Part shown: positions 41,334 through 43,252 of the stretch, piece after piece
Layout of the letters: the number at the start of each line of letters is the position of its first letter
Numbering within the stretch: the stretch's first letter is position 1
Position numbers and translations under genes: made by a program
Notes under the pieces: model-generated
Databases searched by the model: none
What the model saw: the letters and a program-made list of their open reading frames with translations, nothing else
Told to the model about the DNA's origin: nothing
Source of the DNA: a virus
Length of the DNA: 43,252 nt
Virus record (IMG/VR): IMGVR_UViG_3300003155_000004
Span: 1 to 43,252 of that record
Strand: one strand, 5' to 3'

Positions 41334-41723
41334 ATGCTTCCGGCCGGAAAGACGAAGAAAGAGGTTGCGCTGCAGCTGGCAGCACAGGGGAAGACAACTG
41401 CGGAGATCGCGAAAGAGACAGGATGGGCTTATAACACAGTGTATTACTATCTGAATCCGGACAAGTGTAAGCCGAAGAAACAGACTGACATCATCCCTGT
41501 GGATTACAGGAATCCCGATGCACGCCCGGGATGGAATGCCGATCGGAGGAAGTGCAAGACCTGCCAGTACCGTCAGGCGCACAACAATCCGACTGATCTG
41601 AATAAGGGGAATTGCAATTACATTGAGATTGTCGGGCATAGCCGTGGATGCGCTGTGGAGGACTGTGATCGGTACGTGAAGGGGGCAATTATGAGAAAGG
41701 AGCGGAAATGGATAGACAGGTAA
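41334..41723 (+). CDS. HTH plus Cys-rich (zinc-binding-like) regulator
   Basis: ATG after GGAGGTGAG. KKEVALQLAAQGKTTAEIAKETGWAYNTVYYYL HTH, followed by KCKTCQY...GNCNY...GC..EDCDRY. Confidence 0.7.
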   Translation: MLPAGKTKKEVALQLAAQGKTTAEIAKETGWAYNTVYYYLNPDKCKPKKQTDIIPVDYRNPDARPGWNADRRKCKTCQYRQAHNNPTDLNKGNCNYIEIVGHSRGCAVEDCDRYVKGAIMRKERKWIDR

Positions 41724-42085
41724 AAGAACCCTCAGATGTTCTATCGGAATTTCTGAATTACATAGACAGGATCCGATACGACTACAAGGAGGCTTACGAT
41801 GCGGTGAAGAAAGAAGAGAAGCGTCTTCAGGATCTACTGCATGAGTTGGAGTTTGCTGAGGGAGAAAACGAGAAGCGGCGCGCCGGGACAAAGCTGCAGC
41901 AGAGCAGGCGGAATCGGCGCAGACAGAAAGATGAGATGATGCGTCTGGAGCTAGTCGTGCAGTTTTTCGATGATCCGACTCCGAAGAGTACGATCAATAA
42001 GATGCGGCAGCTTCTCGGGAAACAGAGAAAGCAGGAAGAGTTTCTGGACGGGGAGCGGCACTATAATCCCAGGGTAAGGGAGTAG
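41708..42085 (+). CDS. coiled-coil protein of unknown function
   Basis: 125 aa, with a basic RRNRRRQK segment. Confidence 0.6.
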   Translation: MDRQVKEPSDVLSEFLNYIDRIRYDYKEAYDAVKKEEKRLQDLLHELEFAEGENEKRRAGTKLQQSRRNRRRQKDEMMRLELVVQFFDDPTPKSTINKMRQLLGKQRKQEEFLDGERHYNPRVRE

Positions 42086-42181
42086 CAGGAGAAAACACTT
42101 TGCAACGTAACAAAAATCTGAAGGAATATTCAGAGGTTTGCAACATTTTTCTGAAGCAGAACAAACGAAAGGAGAGCGGAG

Positions 42182-42520
42182 ATGGAACGAATAACGAAGC
42201 GAATAGATGAAACTCATGCCTGCTATGCAATATGTGAGAAGGAATGCCCTGATGGGATATACGAGGATAATCCGGCTTGCAAATGCACAGCTTCGCATAT
42301 GGCACTGAAGCGCTTGCTGGAGTACGAGGACACCGGTCTCACCCCGGAGGAGATCATGGAGCTAAAGGAGCGGGATACGGCGAAGCCGCCTATTGACATC
42401 GAAGACAATTACGGATTCTTTGTATGTCCATCCTGTGGAAATTCGATATATGCGAGCGATGATTTTGAAAGCCATAAGTTTTGCCTGAATTGTGGCCAGC
42501 GGATAAAGTGGGAGAAATGA
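42182..42520 (+). CDS. zinc-ribbon phage protein
   Basis: RBS GAAAGGAGAG. CPSCGN...CLNCGQ. Confidence 0.65.
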   Translation: MERITKRIDETHACYAICEKECPDGIYEDNPACKCTASHMALKRLLEYEDTGLTPEEIMELKERDTAKPPIDIEDNYGFFVCPSCGNSIYASDDFESHKFCLNCGQRIKWEK

Positions 42521-42521
42521 G

Positions 42522-42722
42522 ATGTGGAAGATATTTATAACATACGGCGATAAGTCAAAAGTAACGCTGACGGGAAAACATAAGGATATTCCGCTGAGAT
42601 TGGCGCTGAAGTACCACCGTGAATATGTCAGTGGTAAAAGGTGTCGAGCGGTATATCAGCAGTATCCCAAAAAGGAGCATGAGAGCATGGATCTGATGGA
42701 AAAGATTGACCAGTTGGAGTAG
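42522..42722 (+). CDS. hypothetical small protein
   Basis: 66 codons. The ATG lies 1 nt after the upstream stop. Confidence 0.55.
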   Translation: MWKIFITYGDKSKVTLTGKHKDIPLRLALKYHREYVSGKRCRAVYQQYPKKEHESMDLMEKIDQLE

Positions 42723-42733
42723 GAGGGATGATG

Positions 42734-42901
42734 ATGCAAGAAAGCGACGGGAAGATGCTATTTACGAACAACAGCAGAAAGATGGCAGGCATCCCTCTTC
42801 GAAGAAAGAAAGACAAGCGTAAACGGGTATACACCAGGAACAGGGCGGAAGAGGATACGGAAGCGCTTATAGATTGGTGGAACGGAAGGTGGGAGAAATG
42901 A
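42734..42901 (+). CDS. hypothetical small basic protein (below the ORF-track length cutoff)
   Basis: ATG 6 nt after AGGAGGG. Encodes MQESDGKMLFTNNSRKMAGIPLRRKKDKRKRVYTRNRAEEDTEALIDWWNGRWEK. ATGA overlap with the YopX start. Confidence 0.5.
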   Translation: MQESDGKMLFTNNSRKMAGIPLRRKKDKRKRVYTRNRAEEDTEALIDWWNGRWEK

Positions 42902-43252
42902 ACAAGAGGGAAATATTATTCCGCGCAAAGCAGACGGACAATGGCGAGTGGGCGGAAGGGTACTTTGCAAAAGGCAAATGGTATCTTGATGAAAAAGAAA
43001 AGTATGCTATCTTACCGATTGATCTTTGCTTTTATCCGCATTGCGAAATAAACGAATGGATAGAAATAGACCCCGAAACCGTCTGCCAGTATACCGGGCT
43101 GAAAGACAAGAACGGTAATCGGATATGGGAGAATGATATTGTAAGAATTGAAAATTCGATGAATGAAGGAATTGGAAACATTGAATTTTATGACGGAATG
43201 TGGTACGTGGACGGAGAACCAAGCGATAGCCTGCGTGACATTGTGGAATATG
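42898..43252 (+). CDS. YopX-family protein, N-terminal part (continues at 24..91 after the 23-nt overlap)
   Basis: MNKREILFRAKQTDNGEWAEGYF ... CQYTGLKDKNGNRIWENDIV ... is the YopX pattern. The ORF is open to the contig end. Confidence 0.8.
   Translation, partial: MNKREILFRAKQTDNGEWAEGYFAKGKWYLDEKEKYAILPIDLCFYPHCEINEWIEIDPETVCQYTGLKDKNGNRIWENDIVRIENSMNEGIGNIEFYDGMWYVDGEPSDSLRDIVEY
43230..43252. repeat. Terminal overlap, identical to 1..23
   Basis: Direct comparison of both ends. Confidence 0.95.

Larger units (their letters stand above)
1..43252. mobile_element. Complete temperate phage genome (siphovirus-like tail module, HK97-type head module), circular assembly
   Basis: A full set of packaging, head, tail, lysis, lysogeny and replication modules is present. 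The 23-nt ends are identical, and one gene is split across the junction. Confidence 0.9.

Overview
The window is a complete, circularly closed genome of about 43.2 kb from a temperate tailed phage. The first 23 nt are identical to the last 23 nt, and a YopX-family gene runs across that junction. Strong GGAGG ribosome-binding sites, an ImmA/XRE immunity pair and a CHAP endolysin suggest a Firmicutes/Clostridia host; this is inference, since no database search was possible.

Module order on the + strand:
- Small early/late accessory genes: DUF551-like, Lar-like and a sigma region-4-like late activator.
- One tRNA plus an aberrant tRNA-like element.
- HNH endonuclease, TerS and TerL.
- HK97-type portal, ClpP-like protease and capsid.
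- Head-tail joining genes.
- Two tandem paralogous major tail proteins.
- G/G-T tail chaperones with a -1 frameshift site.
- An inserted membrane-protein moron.
- Tape measure, Dit and a Tal-like protein.
- A long, mosaic tail-fibre region.
- Holin and endolysin.

On the - strand lie an autonomous three-gene moron operon, attP (which mimics a tRNA 3' end), a tyrosine integrase, a membrane protein, ImmA and the CI-like repressor. The genome then returns to the + strand with Cro, an AT-rich island, and a replication module: DUF3846, a PC4/YdbC-like protein, a DUF2800 nuclease, a DUF2815 SSB, a family-A DNA polymerase, a VirE-type primase-helicase, VRR-NUC and an SNF2 helicase.

The items most worth a second look:
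1. An inverted, signal-less second receptor-binding tip cassette abuts the tail-fibre gene stop codon. This is Mu G-segment-like architecture, but I see no invertase and no clear inverted repeats.
2. A self-contained promoter-to-terminator operon of three small proteins, two unknown and the last AbrB/SpoVT-like, sits between the lysis genes and attP.
3. A tRNA-like element has its anticodon arm replaced by a GAAA-capped hairpin.
4. A membrane-protein moron sits at the HK97 gp15 position.
5. An (ACAGC)4-A5-(ACAGC)4 repeat lies inside a small ORF that overlaps the start of a fibre-module gene.
6. An iteron/AT-rich/Z-DNA-like intergenic region is a putative origin.
7. A C11 homopolymer sits at the junction of two ORFs.

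All functional calls come from motif recognition by eye. No homology search, RNA folding program or repeat finder was run.
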